From positions 69,874,001 through 69,938,000 of the forward strand of contig NC_043001.1 in the NCBI RefSeq assembly GCF_006345805.1: a stretch of 64,000 nt of DNA. Direction: 5' to 3'. Source of the DNA: Octopus sinensis. Its lineage: Eukaryota. The notes under the pieces were generated by a model. The model saw only the letters and a program-made list of their open reading frames with translations, ran no database searches and was not told where the DNA came from. Both the position numbers and the translations under genes were made by a program. Below are positions 13,089-25,833 of the stretch, one piece after another; the first letter of the stretch is position 1; each line of letters opens with the position of its first letter.

Positions 13089-14370
13089 CTATCTGTGGGA
13101 CCCGGCGTTGCTTATGTTTTCCGTGCTGAAGTTAAGTCTACCTCTGACCTTGTAATAAAATCTTCTACATTCCCCGTGCAAACTATTACCCATTAATATG
13201 TTATATCTGATTAGGCAGGGACTTTACCTGGTTAACACTTTCGACACAGGACCGTCTGAAATCGCAGTCAAAATCACAGTCAAAATTTGGATGTACCTCG
13301 ATTCGTTGAGAGTGATGTTTGTTTATTTCTCTCTCCTTAATTCCACTCCCCGTACAAAATTGATGAGCGTGTCCAATGTCAGGAAAATTCGAAGAAAGGT
13401 TTTAAGGTTGTGTCATAAATTAGAATCCATGTGACCATTTACATAAAAATATCCAATTGACTTCTAAATCCCAATACATAATATGAATAATCGATATTTC
13501 ATATGTCAAAGTGCTTAATTTTACTTTTGGGTAAATTTTCTTAAAAATAAGTTCATTATTTTTTTGTGAGTAAATTTTGACCATTTGAACCTTTCACCAG
13601 TTTACTTTTAATTCCACTACTTAACTCCGACCATAAAATTTACCTAAATGTCAAATTTTATCAAAACCGGATGAATTCGGTAAAAGTTACAGCATAAAAT
13701 ATTAATCCTATGGGTAATTGCATACAGGAAGCCTATTGAGTTCATAAAATCCCCGCTCACGCGCAATTATGGAATTTTTGTCAACTCTTAATGTTGGTAT
13801 GAAGTAATGGGCATGAGCTGTAATCACGTATAAACTTTCTACAAGATTGATAAGAATGTCTCTAAGGAAATGCTTATTTGCATTTGTGTTCTTTTCAAGT
13901 CCTGTTGAATTAAATAAACACGTTTACCGTCTCCCCAACAACAAAATTTATCTACATCTCAAATTTCATTAACATCGGATACAAAATATAAAAGTTACAG
14001 CGTATTGCTTTTTAAATCCACTGCTCAGGTGCAATTATCGATTCGTTGTCAATGCCATATACTGAGATCAACTCACTGCCATATGGCTCGCTCACTCGTC
14101 AATTTTCATCAAAATCGAACAACAAATGTAAAAGCTACAAGAAAAATAACATCGTTATTGAAATTTCCATTCAAACATCCGATTGCACTCACAAAATTAG
14201 ATGCCAACTAAGCATTATCGAGATTTCGAAAAATTTTGACCTTATTTGAACTTCAAGGCATGTGATCTACTTATGAGCCAAAAATCATTAAAATCGGTTG
14301 GACAGTGTGGGAGGAGTTAGAGTAACCCTAAACACACACACAGACACAATTACAAACTTATGTATATAAA
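13089..14370 (-). mobile_element. Non-autonomous Helitron-like element
   Basis: 3' end on minus strand GCAACGCCGGGTCCCACAGATAG|T resembles the terminus at 49854; 5' region has (GT)n then CCGATTTTAATGATTTT; three internal AAATTTCATxAAAATCGG..AAAAGTTACAG-like modules (~13650, 13960, 14100). Confidence 0.55.
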
Positions 14371-14440
14371 TGTGTGTATATTTATATATACATACATATG
14401 TCTGTCTGTATGTATGTGTGTATGTATATATCTATATGTA

Positions 14441-14493
<53 letters not shown>

Positions 14494-14494
14494 C

Positions 14495-14700
14495 ACATAT
14501 AGTTAATCCAAACATAAAAACACAAAGAGAAAATACAACAACGTGAGGACGTGGAACAAGTACAGTGTTATTGGACGCCAGGAAAGGAAGTAAATAAGGA
14601 GGATTTAACGTTCCGTCAGAAACATAGGAAAACGAAAGATCCAAGGAAGGGAAGACGGGGGAAAAATCGCCAACAGTACATACGCGGTCACATTTTGAAT
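14495..14700 (-). mobile_element. PLE pseudo-LTR/tail fragment, hammerhead centre apparently deleted
   Basis: Minus strand TTTCTGACG|GAACGTTAAA followed by a pyrimidine-rich tail ending in (TA)n, same layout as the tails at 21618 and 40872. Confidence 0.4.
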
Positions 14701-15198
14701 ATATATTTATATATATATATACATAAGTTCACACCACGCATATATACGCACACATGTCCTCTTGCTTGTGATGCATTCATGCATAAACCCAGGTACGCTG
14801 ATAAATGTATACAGATAGTGTGAGTTGCTCAATCACCCGTCAGTTTCTCAGACAGATATCCAGAATGGATCAGTTCAATAAGAAAAATGAAAATAAATAA
14901 ATGAATTATGAAATCATAAATATTAACTTGGTATCAATATATAGGCAGATATGCAGCCTCTCAGATAGATTTTATTAGACATGCGTACATACACACACAC
15001 ACACACACACACATAAGTGTATATATACATGTGTGTATCTATTTATCTAGCTACACAAGCAGATACATAGACATAGATAGCTATATAGTTAAATAGATAC
15101 ATATATAGATTACAATATTCATATACACGTATATGTAGATACAAATAAAAATGTAAACAAATATATCTATCTATATTTCTCTCTCTCTCTGGCTGTGT

Positions 15199-15251
<53 letters not shown>

Positions 15252-15975
15252 CATACATACACACACACACACGCATATATATATATATATATATATGTAT
15301 CGATGTATATACATGTCTATAAGTAAGCTTGCATATGAATGTTTGTACGTGCGTGGAGAGAGAGAGAGAGAGAGAGAGAGAAAGAAAGAAAGACAGAGAG
15401 AAGGACAGGGAGAGGGAGAGAGAAAAAGAGAGTGTGAGAAACAGAATTTGCTAGCAATAAAATACAACGAAATTATAAAAGAAAACACGTAATACATAAT
15501 GATAAATGTAACGACGACTCTTTTCCAGAAACTTCCCATTTCACAGTATCAGTCAAGTTTCGCTTCATTGAAAGCTTTTCACAGTCTGCTAAGCTTTACG
15601 CTGTATACATTGATCACACGCATATTCTTGATTTTAGTCTTGTAACCTACATTCCACTCACATAACCTATATTCGGTGTATTTCATGACATTCGACACAG
15701 GAAGCACCATAAACTATATATCTCGATATAAATCAATACTACTTCAAATATCGATACATATTTCAGTTGACAATTTGCGCTTCATATAAAAAAAAATCAT
15801 AAGGAAAAAATTGCAATGCATAAATTAAGCATATGTTGAATTGCCATAATATTCTTGTATGTACTTGCATCATTATTATTATCATAAATCGTTTGAGCGT
15901 TAATAGTATTTTGTTTTAATGTTATATTCTTATACAAAATTTGTCTCTTGAAATTTAGTTAACACTGTATGTATA

Positions 15976-16310
15976 GGTGAAGGTTGGCTGTCTGACTAAG
16001 AAGCTCGTGTTACTTTAACGTAGTTTCCTGTTCAGTCCCACTGCATAGTATCATGGAGAGGTGTCTCCTACCTTATCTCGGACTGACTAAAGCCTCGAGA
16101 TAGAATTACTTGGGCGGAATCTGTGTATAACCCATCATATATATATGTATGTGTGTCCTTTTGCTTGCATCTGAGAATTAGCGGTTTAGAAAAAGCAACT
16201 TAAAACGTAAGTACTGGCATTGTTATCTAACTTAAAACGTAAGTACTGGCATTGATTTGTGTGACAAAACTCTTCAAGGACATGTCCCTGCAAGCTGGAA
16301 GTACTAGTAC
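15976..16310 (+). mobile_element. Old, degenerate octopus-type SINE
   Basis: GTTCAGTCCCACTGCA..., TTAGCGGTTTAG..., internal 26-bp direct duplication. Confidence 0.5.
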
Positions 16311-18013
16311 TGAAATAGGTATATGGTAAATGTATTAAACAATCGTAACACCTGATTTCTGATTTGAGACACCGCTACGGTCTAATTGGATGGTTAAAGT
16401 AATCTGTCAGCTGTTTTAAAATCCACTATCTGGCGGCACATAGATCCTTTTTAGCGGGCTTCAATCGGCTGCATGAGTTTGAACCAGTTCTTCCAACCAC
16501 ATGCTTCCCACGATGTGGCTTCTTTTGTAAGTGTTTATAGACTCAGGACACCCAGAGGCTAATTAGTAGAATTGGTAGACGAAAATGTGTATGTGTGTGT
16601 GTGTGTATGTGTGTGTTGTGTGTATGTCTATGTTATGTTACTAAGTGGTTCGGCAAAAGAGGTCTATAGAATAATTAATTAAGCATCTATCGTTGTTATA
16701 ACCTAGATAGAGAAAACACATATATGTCCCAATGCTTGGTTGTTGTGATAAATGATTCTATACATATTTTAGGAAAACGTATGAAAATATATTTGTATAT
16801 AATAGTCATGACAAATAAATATCCTGCTGCTATAATCACCACGGGAATCTCACACGAAGGCAGCTGCCATCCTGAAGTTAATTTCAGTATGTCAACAAAA
16901 TTTACTAGATGTGCACCTGGACACCTCCATACTTGCGCTGATAAAATTTACTTACAATAAATCCTGTTCCAATCCATTTACTGTATCCGAACATAATGCG
17001 ATCAAACTACAGCCTGCTTAAGACGTATTATCAAGATGTCAAAGTGCGGTGTATTAGATTTGGTTGCTCTCGATTACAAATCAGTCAACACGCACAGGTT
17101 TCAATATCTACTCGCTTTATAAAACGAATTATCATAAACAGTGCATGATGGAGATTCCATTGCAATGAAGATGGTCGCCTCGCCTTTAATATGATAACTA
17201 GGTAATTCTCCAATTTAGAACAATATCAGTTAAATTTAAACACAGGTACGATCAGAAATATGGGCATTGGGGATATATGGGTGTGGGCTTATGTTTGTGT
17301 GTGTATGTATATATATACATGTATCCTTGACGCAGTTCTGAAGTAGATTTGTCGTGACACATCCTCACGGAGTCGGTCGTTTCAATTATAGTTACAGTCG
17401 ATATTCACGGGCTCCTGTATAGTTGCTTTTAAATCAAATTCATTCAGAAAATTTGGGATGATCCATAGACTAGGCAAAAGTACTTTAGATCCGAACAAGG
17501 AACCTCAAACAGCAAAACAGAATTTTTAACCACTCTGCCAAACCTGCATTCAGATAAAAATAAATTAACTGCAATAATCAGCATGTTAGATAGACACTGC
17601 CCATTCCTCTACTGCTAGTCTAAGTTTAAATCCTGTGTTTACATTAATCAGTAATGTGTTTCGGAATGAATTACTTGCTCTTGTTTCCGACACGTACTAT
17701 AAGTAATAATTCAGAAGTGGAATCGATGTAATCGATTGAGCCAATTTTTCGTAATAATTATGGGCCCTTGTTCCAAAATTTAAAGCAATTAATTCATGTT
17801 ATTAATGCAGAAATTGATGATGAAATGTAGTTTCAGACGAACAACAAAATGGGGTGAGCTCGGCGACGAAAGAAAAAAAACCAATATTTCATGCCCATTA
17901 CATTTTATTTGTTTGAATCATTGGACTTTCCCCGTACTGGCATACACGTTGAACGATTGAGTAGAAGGAATCGACTCGCAGAGCATTTTTCAATTTCGTT
18001 TTTCTTTTTTTAG

Positions 18014-18092
18014 ATTTCTGGTCCGTATTCAAAAATTCTCTTTTGCTGAGCTGTCCGGTTGCGGAGAGAAAAGCAGACCGGTTGTCAAGCTG
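18014..18092 (+). other. Candidate 79-nt internal exon of an unidentified host gene
   Basis: Strong acceptor TTTTTCTTTTTTTAG| and donor CTG|GTGAGA; two open frames (xFLVRIQKFSFAELSGCGEKSRPVVKL or FWSVFKNSLLLSCPVAERKADRLSS); no homology recognised. Confidence 0.3.
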
Positions 18093-18878
18093 GTGAGAGT
18101 GACTATATGCAGGCACATGCACATACGTATTTGTTTGCATATATATTTGTGAGTATATGTCTATATATGAGTTTGCCTCTGTGTGTGTGTGTGTGTGTTA
18201 CATTTTTATGTCAGTTTGAGTAGGTTGAGGATAGAAGCTCCTTACAATGGTTTCGACTAATAGAATAGAAAAGTAGGAAATACTGAGCTAAGGTACTTGC
18301 AAATTACGTTAAAACAGAAGAAATAATAGGTCATTTGTGGTCGAAGAAAGTCAACAGATTTCTTATTAAAATATTTAATCTGTAACGTTCTATAGACAAG
18401 TTGCCACATTGAGTAGATGACAATGTAACGAAATGATTGTAAAGGCGAAAAACGAAATCATGCAGACGAATAAGTTAGGAATAATTGAATTAATAGCTTG
18501 CTAAGTCAATCAACAGTCAATAGTTGTCAAGAACACTCGTCCACACAAAGGGTAAGAGCAAAAATCAGAAAACAATAGAATTATATTTAAGATTGAGGAA
18601 CATTTAAAGGGAGAGAATTCAGTACACTTATATGGCGCATCATTATAAAATGTACACGTTTCTGTTATTAGAATGCAGCCATAGATGGGTACCGACCTAA
18701 GGAATTTTACTCGAATGAGGCAAACATGACTTATTTTTGGTTTAAGCTTGGTACTTTTTCTATCGGTCATTCGCCAAGATGCTAATTTAAGGGGACGTAA
18801 ACACACCAGTTGACAATCGGTGGTAGGGGACAAACACAGAACACAAACACAAACACACAAACATACATACATACATAC

Positions 18879-18973
<95 letters not shown>

Positions 18974-19162
18974 GAGTGTATTTTTACCTTGTTAACAATT
19001 AACACGGAAAAATAAATAAATAGTTACCAGGGCAGCAAAAATCTCACAAGTAAAGATGTTGTAACTCCTTGTTTATAAAGGTTGAAACTTCGTGTTTACG
19101 TTGAATATTTTGAATAATATGAATAAAAAATGGAGTTAACGCAGGTTTAAACAAGTATTTTT

Positions 19163-19248
19163 ACTTTCTACACATGTTTCGAAAATTCCACTGATACTAT
19201 TCAAAAGAATAAATGGTATAAACAATGCAATCTTCTCTTCGGGAAAGT
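19163..19248 (-). ncRNA. Type I hammerhead ribozyme (U4C core variant)
   Basis: ACTTTC-CCGAAGA-GAAGATT...AATTTTC-GAAA-CATGTG-TA-GAAAGT; stem I ACTTTC/GAAAGT, palindromic ACATGT in stem III. Confidence 0.7.
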
Positions 19249-19449
19249 GAAAAAAACGAAACTCGTCAATACGACATTTTAGCAAAAAATGATGGATTTG
19301 TATAGCGATAGACAGAACGCTATTAATATTGTTTAAAAAAACCTTCTATGATATAACGTCATAAGTAGCTAACAGAAAGAGTAGGGATATTAATAGTGAA
19401 TGTTAAATATAAAGGAAATTAAAGTTTAAATTATATATAATGATAGAGA

Positions 19450-20070
19450 CTACTTATATGCACTAAAAGTATGTTTCTGCCAATGCTTACATCTGTATGC
19501 TCGTTCTATAACCGTGTTTACTAGAGTATTTTTAGAAAAAATAATGAAAAATAGCTCAGAATTGCAGAGAAGACAGAATTTCTTGCCTTTGTCATATGGT
19601 ATCGAAATTGAGAGGATCAACCATTCTAAATGAAATAGTTCATTGTGGTCTTTTAAATCCCAAATCAGTTTGCTGAGACCGGTACTATTCCGTTTATTTC
19701 TATCCCTAAATGTTGAGTAATGGATAGAAATTCTTTTATATAACTCTAACGATGTGCTTCCAATGTAAAATCGTACTTTATTACGAGAACTGATTATACA
19801 CTGGTATATAGAATTTTTAATCTTAGAGTTACTTGACATAAATTTAATTCTATTGGAATTGACTTCAGATACAATAACCTTGTTATTAATATTTCTAGAG
19901 GGTTGGATGGAATTAGCTAAATTAATGTTAGTATTAGTAAATGTATTAATATTTAACAGTTTGTTATTATGAGAGGATATAATTTGCAAGAGATTTTTTG
20001 TGTTTGAAAAACTTATCCTAACCTTATGTGAATTAATTATAGAGTAATATCTAGAATTGTTTGGACAATT
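19450..20070 (-). CDS. PLE GIY-YIG endonuclease domain (partial ORF)
   Basis: IYQ...YIG motif and CxxC...E C-terminal motif typical of PLE endonucleases. Confidence 0.8.
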   Translation of the reverse strand, partial: NCPNNSRYYSIINSHKVRISFSNTKNLLQIISSHNNKLLNINTFTNTNINLANSIQPSRNINNKVIVSEVNSNRIKFMSSNSKIKNSIYQCIISSRNKVRFYIGSTSLELYKRISIHYSTFRDRNKRNSTGLSKLIWDLKDHNELFHLEWLILSISIPYDKGKKFCLLCNSELFFIIFSKNTLVNTVIERAYRCKHWQKHTFSAYK

Positions 20071-20184
20071 CCTTACCATATGACAAAGGCAAGAAATTCT
20101 GTCTTCTCTGCAATTCTGAGCTATTTTTCATTATTTTTTCTAAAAATACTCTAGTAAACACGGTTATATATATATATATAATAT

Positions 20185-20249
<65 letters not shown>

Positions 20250-20257
<8 letters not shown>

Positions 20258-20470
20258 AATAAGGGCAAAAGAAAAAAATTCTAATGCCAAATATGCCGAA
20301 AATAGACAAATTGTCAATAACCATTATAATTTATCACAATCAACATGCGTCTCGAAACAAGTCAATAGAAATTTCTAAAAAATTCCGTTATTACTGTATT
20401 GGTCCCAATTTCAGAGTTAATTCATAAGAATTTTCTTCTCCTCACCGATAAATACGTAAGACATAAATGA
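20250..20470 (-). mobile_element. Degenerate PLE tail with decayed hammerhead-like motif
   Basis: Minus strand CGGTGA-GGAG..CTCT-GAAA-TTGGG-AC-CAATAC, then a T-rich tail into (TA)n. Confidence 0.3.
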
Positions 20471-20679
20471 AATACTTTCCCATACCCATGGAAAAAGCAA
20501 GCACTAAGATCTGAGCAGATCTAAGTACCCCATATATATCCAAAATAGAACATCGTCAGCACATCTCGAGAAAGGTGTGATTCGAACTGGAATCTTTCAC
20601 AGAGTGAGAGAGTCCGGAAGTTAGAATAACACGAGTCTCGAGATGTGCTGACCTCATCTCATCCTCCCGTACCCCCACA

Positions 20680-21740
20680 CCGCATCCAACCTCATTGTCC
20701 GAACCCCCGCACACTTCGCTTCTTTTTCACATTCATGACACCAACCATGCTCTTCGTCTTATCAACTCTTTCTCTTTCTCTCCTGGTTCCTCCAAACTTC
20801 TTATAATGGGCATCCAGAACCTCTACACTGTGATCCCTCACCACGAGGGGCTGCGTGCACTGAAACACATCCTAGACCTTCGACCCAATCCCCAACCCGA
20901 CACCTCCACACTCGTTCGTCTGGCTGAACTTGTCCTCTCGCTCAACTGCTTCTCGTTTGCGGGCGAGTTCTACCAACAGTTCTCGGGAATAGCAATAGGA
21001 ACGAGAATGGGCCCCAACTATGCGAACCTGTTCGTTGGTTATGGTTATTCTCTAGTTTCACTGGTCCCACTCTCGCACTATATGGCCGTTATATTGACGA
21101 CTGTATCGGTACCACCTCACTCTCCCGCGAACATCTAGACTCCTTCCTCTCTTTCGTCAAATCTTTCCATCCTACCCGTCAATTCTCCTGAACTATCTCT
21201 AACACCTCTGTCTCCTTTCTTGACATTTCGGTCAGCATTCATCACTCCACTCTTACCACCGCCATCCACTACAAACACACAAACTCACACTCATACCAAC
21301 TGTCTCCTCCTCCCACCCCAAACACACCAAACTTTCCATCCCTATTACCACCCACCACCCACACAGCCACCGACACACCCATCCCCACATTTTCACACCT
21401 ACACATACATACACGCACACGTCCAGACCACCAGCCCTCTTTCACACGCACGTACATACTCTCTTATACAGACATGCACCTTCTGGTTGGGGGTCTTCTT
21501 CACTGTGTTATCTCCCCTACTTTCCTTCTCCAGTGTGACCCTTCTGTCCGAGTCAGACGCCATCATAGATCGGTAGCCACTACACACATTTGTCTTCTCT
21601 CCTTGTTTTCTGTGTCCCTTTCTGTAGAAGAGCGTAGGCTCGAAACGTAAAAGACTTTTTCTATACCTGAGCGGTATACTGATGCATCTGTTTATTTTGT
21701 ACACCACCTGTCTTCGTCTTTTGTTGTTTTTTCGTAAACT

Positions 21741-21745
<5 letters not shown>
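20680..21745 (+). mobile_element. Penelope-like element: RT fragment plus 3' tail
   Basis: IQNLYTVIPHHEGL, NCFSF..FYQQFSGIAIGTRMGPNYANLF, then YIDDC and SFLDISVSI in shifted frames; tail with hammerhead ends in (TA)n. Confidence 0.85.
21618..21653 (+). ncRNA. Minimal type I hammerhead-like motif with atypical core
   Basis: CTTT-CTGTAGAA-GAGC GTAG GCTC-GAAA-CG-TA-AAAG. Confidence 0.55.
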
Positions 21746-21819
<74 letters not shown>

Positions 21820-21821
<2 letters not shown>

Positions 21822-22600
21822 GGGTAAGCTTAATTTGAAGCCTTACAGCTGTGTCTGGGATAGCCCAAATGAAAGGCCATAATGTCTGCACACTTAGTAT
21901 CCTGTTATCAGTGACAAGGTGTGTATGTATGAAAGTTCTAGACAGAGGAATTCAGTGTATAAAGAAAAGAATAGTAAATTGAAGAATAAAGAGTAAAAGT
22001 AGATAGAAGAATACAGACAGGATAATAAAGCTCACAGCTCATCTTTTTGAAGGAAGTATGGAGATTTGTCCGTACTCCTGTGACGGTATAGACCCATAGG
22101 TGTTATCCGAGGTAAATCCAGGTAGTATTTTGAATGATGTATTCATGTTGAAATAGATCAAGTGGTTAGCTAGTGTGAAAATGGTCCACGTGGGTATATA
22201 GAGTAAGAAAAAAGACATCATGATAGTCAGGTATGGATTTTGACAATGTGGATAGAAGAGAGGAGAGAAAGGGAAGAATCGGGAGAAAAAGGAATGGGAT
22301 TGGTCAGGGAAAGAGTAAATGAGAGCGAAAGAATGTAAAATCAAAATTCAAAATAAGAAAATAAAGAGCAAAAATAAAGATAAAGAGAAGATGCCAGTAT
22401 TATTCTTCGTAAGTGTCGGTTCGGGATGAGAGGTCAGATGTTAAGGCTTTGGTAAAGTGAAGATGGAATATATTTATGTCTATTAATTAAATAGATGGAT
22501 TCTTGTTCAGGTGTGGTTAGTAGGTATAGCTAAAAATAAATGCCTAGCTTAAGCGGGTATTTATAGGATAAAACTACAATTAAATGGATAAAGATACAAA
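21820..22600 (-). mobile_element. Decayed PLE remnant with degenerate hammerhead (21840-21915)
   Basis: Minus strand CTGATAA-CAGGATA...TATCCCA-GACA-CAGCTG-TA-AG, same family layout as 36605; weak PMGS-like RT trace near 22095. Confidence 0.4.
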
Positions 22601-22636
22601 TTAAAGAAATGAAAAATAAAAATTAAAAGTTGAATT

Positions 22637-23052
22637 CTCTTTACTCTTTACTCTTTTACTCTTTTACTTGTTTCAGTCATTTGACTGCGGCCATGCTGGA
22701 GCACCGCCTTTAGTCGAGCAAATCGACCCCGGGACTTATTCTTTGTAAGCCCAGTACTTATTCTATCGGTCTCTTTTCCCGAACCGCTAAGTGACGGGGA
22801 CGTAAACACACCAGCATCGGTTGTCAAGCGATGTTGGGGGGGGGGGGGAACAAACACAGACACACAAACATACACACATATATATATACATATATACGAC
22901 AGGCTTCTTTCAGTTTCCGTCTACCAAATCCACTCACAAGGCATTGGTCGGCCCGGGGCTATAGCAGAAGACACTTGCCCAAGATGCCACGCAGTGGGAC
23001 TGAACCCGCAACCATGTGGTTGGTTAGCAAGCTACTTACCACACAGCCACTC
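22637..23052 (-). mobile_element. Young octopus-type SINE
   Basis: Near-identical to the 5307 copy; (CTCTTTTA)n tail. Confidence 0.9.
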
Positions 23053-25441
23053 AAAAGGTTATAGATTAAAAATTTTAAATTTCAAACTTAAATAATCAAA
23101 AGTTTTATTGCAGTTAGCTAGCTTCTAAGATACTTAAGTTGATAGAGAAGAAAAGAAAAAAATGTAGGCATATTGTAACGACGGTGGATACATATACGCA
23201 AGTGTTATGTGTGTTGATTTTGCTTGCGTTTGAACCTATGGAAGAATCTAAAGGTGCAATGGAAATTATGCTTACAGGAAGAGAATGTTTCGTGTTGTTT
23301 ATTGAGTAATTGTGGCGGATTATGAATTAATATTTGGAGTTTACCTAATCCGAGTGCATGATGATCTCCAGGCCCATAATGTTGATGATGTCGACGACGG
23401 TGAATTAAACATACTAAATTGTGAAATTGTAGGTAAGAATTAAAATTTTCGAACCAAAAGGATGCTATAATATTCTGCACCTGTGTATTCGTGACGTTTA
23501 GCACTTGCTACACGTTTAGAAAGTCTTTTATTGTCCACTCACATATTTCAAATGTCAGCAAACGGCTATACTTTAATTAGAATTACTATAGCCTCTGTTA
23601 TCACGATAAAATATTTCTGTCTTGGAGTTTTCTTTGAAGAAACTACAGCAAAACTTATTCTCAAAGACAACTGGCAAAAGGTTCTTGTTGCCAACATGAC
23701 CATTACATGAAATGACGCCTTTCCAAATTCATCGCTAGTTTTAACATTGCCAAAAACTTTTGTGAACAACTTCCAGAAAATTCACAATTTTATAACAGTG
23801 AAAGTTTTATGAATGTCTCCTTGGCCGTACAGTTATAAAGTGCACTACACCAGCATGTTTTTCTGAGTATGATTTGCATTCTCGACACATCAAGTGATTT
23901 CAGTATTTTGCAGGTGTTGAATTGAGTTTTGCTTAGTGAAATTCTGCAGAAGAGGAATATGTATATGGATGTACTGTATATTTTGTGGGTGAGAGACAAA
24001 ATCTCAGTTTAGCAACAATACTTGGTCTGTAATGCTAACAGCAGACTCTTCACAACTACAATCATCGGGTCAGGTATAGGGATACTTGCAACTTAGGAAG
24101 GCTTATTTGTAAGTACTGGCTTTAGAGTCACTACTTCGGAAATTTGAGTCGTTAATGCGCATCCCGCGCGAACTAGAACGTGAGAGAACCGTGTCGGCAT
24201 ACGCAGACGTCGCCCACCCTATATAGTCGAACACCAAGCGTACGAAGCAGAGACGGAAGCAAACATTAACCAATAAAATTCTGTGAAGCTTGGTACCTGG
24301 AGGGGAAGGCTCATGCCATCGAACAACGTCGTGAGATTGCAGGGTGCTGGACTGAGGGTCTGATTAAATTGCACGAGGTGTGGTTTAGTCAGGATCTTCA
24401 GGTGAAAAACTGGGAAGACGTGAAAATCAGGGTAGCTAACCTCATCTAGAAATGAGCTGAGAGAAAGCTTTCCCTGAATGGCTTGGCAGATATAACGAAT
24501 GCTTATAACGCATTTGCTATTTGCTATCGCCTGACCGTCGTGAGAGCATTTCGGGTTATTGAATATAGTAACTGAAAAACTATTAATTTTTAAGTGATAT
24601 GAAGCCATCTTCATAGCAAGTATTCCCGACTTTTGTTGATGATATATTTTTGATATGATGTTTATATTGTGTATTTTAATTATCCATGTTATGTAAAAAT
24701 AAAATGAACTTTCTGCAGCTGGTGAATTTGATGGTATACTGCATACATGCATCTCAGCATGTTACCGTTCGTTCATGTGTTTTCTAGTTTCTATTTTGTA
24801 TCTAATTCTCATTAAAGGAACTTATTTAAATGTTGTTACTATGGATAAAATATAACTCCAGGTTAGCGTGGATCAATATGTACCACAGTGTTTCTCTTTT
24901 TTTTTATATCATAGAATGTCTTTCTTGAAGTGACCTTAAATCATGTATATGATGTGCAACAAATTTCACTGCTACTGTTAGAAATGTCTGAGGATACGTT
25001 GCTTCATATTTATTAGCTCTAAATAATTAGTGTAATGTAACTTTATTCTTCAGAAACACTACTCGTGAATGATGGGCTGAATAAGATGAGAGCATATTCA
25101 ATGAACGAGTGCATCGTTACACTACAATGTATTAATTAGGCTGCTACGTTTCGTAAAATAGATCTCTTCAGTGGAATACAGATTTCAAACATTTGTTGCG
25201 CAGTATTACGTAGTTATAAGCGCATCATTGAGTAAAATATTTCCAACACAAGTAAGAACAGAATACGTAAATATATACATAGATAAATGCACATATATAT
25301 ATAAACAGATATACATATGTATGCATTTCTGTTTATATATATATAAAAGATCAATGAATCAGTAGAGGCTGCTTGATACATATATATGTATATACATACA
25401 TATATATATTCATGCATACATACATACACATACAAACACAA

Positions 25442-25483
<42 letters not shown>

Positions 25484-25691
25484 TTACATACATATATATA
25501 TGTATGTGTGTGTGTGTGTGTGTGTGGTTTATGTGTATGCTCATACATTTGTTTACTCACGCTTACATACATTTTCATACATATTTGATAAGCGTCGACA
25601 TATGAAAGTTAATATATTTTCGTTTACAGATTTATGTACATTTAAACTATCGATAAAGTTTAGATATATGAACATAAGTATACATAACTAG

Positions 25692-25726
<35 letters not shown>

Positions 25727-25743
25727 TAGATAGATGGATAGAC

Positions 25744-25821
<78 letters not shown>

Positions 25822-25833
25822 TTAGATAGATAG
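25692..25833. repeat. (GATA)n/(GACA)n microsatellite
   Basis: Direct reading. Confidence 0.95.

Larger units (their letters stand above)
18965..20167 (-). mobile_element. 5'-truncated Penelope-like element (GIY-YIG, 3' region, hammerhead) with short inverted copy
   Basis: ORF 19450-20070: VRISFS..NLLQIISSHNNKLL, IYQ..FYIGST..H..F..STGLSKLIWDLK..W.I..C.LC..E; 19508-19600 repeated inverted at 20075-20167; (TA)n on both sides. Confidence 0.85.

Noticed and set aside
16197-16254. 26-bp direct repeat as CRISPR-like unit
   Set aside because: Only two copies 6 nt apart inside a SINE; eukaryotic context, no cas genes
23300-23436. Possible exon ending TAG|GTAAGA (VADYELIFGVYLIRVHDD...)
   Set aside because: Good donor but no acceptable in-frame acceptor; upstream stops in all frames
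25140-25175. Hammerhead-like CTGAAGA...GAAACGTA on the minus strand
   Set aside because: Stem I and stem II do not pair
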